Origin: Bugula neritina
Lineage: Eukaryota; Animalia; Bryozoa
Assembly (NCBI GenBank): GCA_964035545.1
Contig: OZ037767.1
Coordinates: 3,049,680 to 3,113,679, forward strand
DNA: 64,000 nucleotides
Direction: 5' to 3'
Positions 63,703 to 64,000 of the stretch are shown piece after piece (position 1 is the first letter of the stretch; each line of letters opens with the position of its first letter). The notes under the pieces were generated by a model. That model was not told where the DNA came from, ran no database searches, and saw nothing but the letters and a program-made list of their open reading frames with translations. The translations under genes were made by a program, and so were the position numbers.

Positions 63703-64000
63703 TGTAAGAAAGTTTTGGGTTTAGCAAGATCCTATCTGTTGTGCAGATTATTATTTGTAATACTGTTCAAAGTTCCAAAAATATCTTCTCAGACCTACAG
63801 AGAGAAGTACTTTTCAGGTGGCTTTGAGATGCTAACGCTAAAGTAAATTCAAAATAGGATCTTTAAACATCTTTCAGCTCACTTATCAGTAAATTCAAGT
63901 AAATTTTTTCAACTTTACATGGCAAATAAAAAGCTACAAGTACATGGGCTACATCTAGTTCATACCAAGATTGGAACTGCTAAAGTAATCTTATGCTAGT

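Overview
AT-rich, intron-rich animal (invertebrate) genomic DNA; the species cannot be established from the sequence alone. From left to right: (1) exons of an unidentified minus-strand gene whose intron carries a young BEL/Pao LTR retrotransposon with identical 449-bp LTRs. Its single 1514-aa ORF keeps Gag and protease but lacks reverse transcriptase and the integrase catalytic core. (2) A non-autonomous hAT-type DNA transposon with 14-bp TIRs and an 8-bp TSD. (3) A compact cluster of spliced genes: ATG2 (-), MRPL1 (-) head-to-head with COX7C (+), a very divergent alpha-tubulin (+), COG8 (+), an ADAM10-like metalloprotease (+), and a KDEL-bearing saposin/canopy-like gene with a single coding exon (-). 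Most ORF-track entries are exon fragments or artefacts of intronic minisatellites. The most notable observations are the frame-preserving double deletion in the BEL element, an alpha-tubulin without MREC, K40 or an acidic/Tyr tail, a CUE-like segment in the ADAM cytoplasmic tail, and repeated tandem duplication of splice sites, including one ATG2 junction with no clean canonical solution. Exon models were built by eye from GT/AG boundaries and reading-frame continuity; no searches were run.
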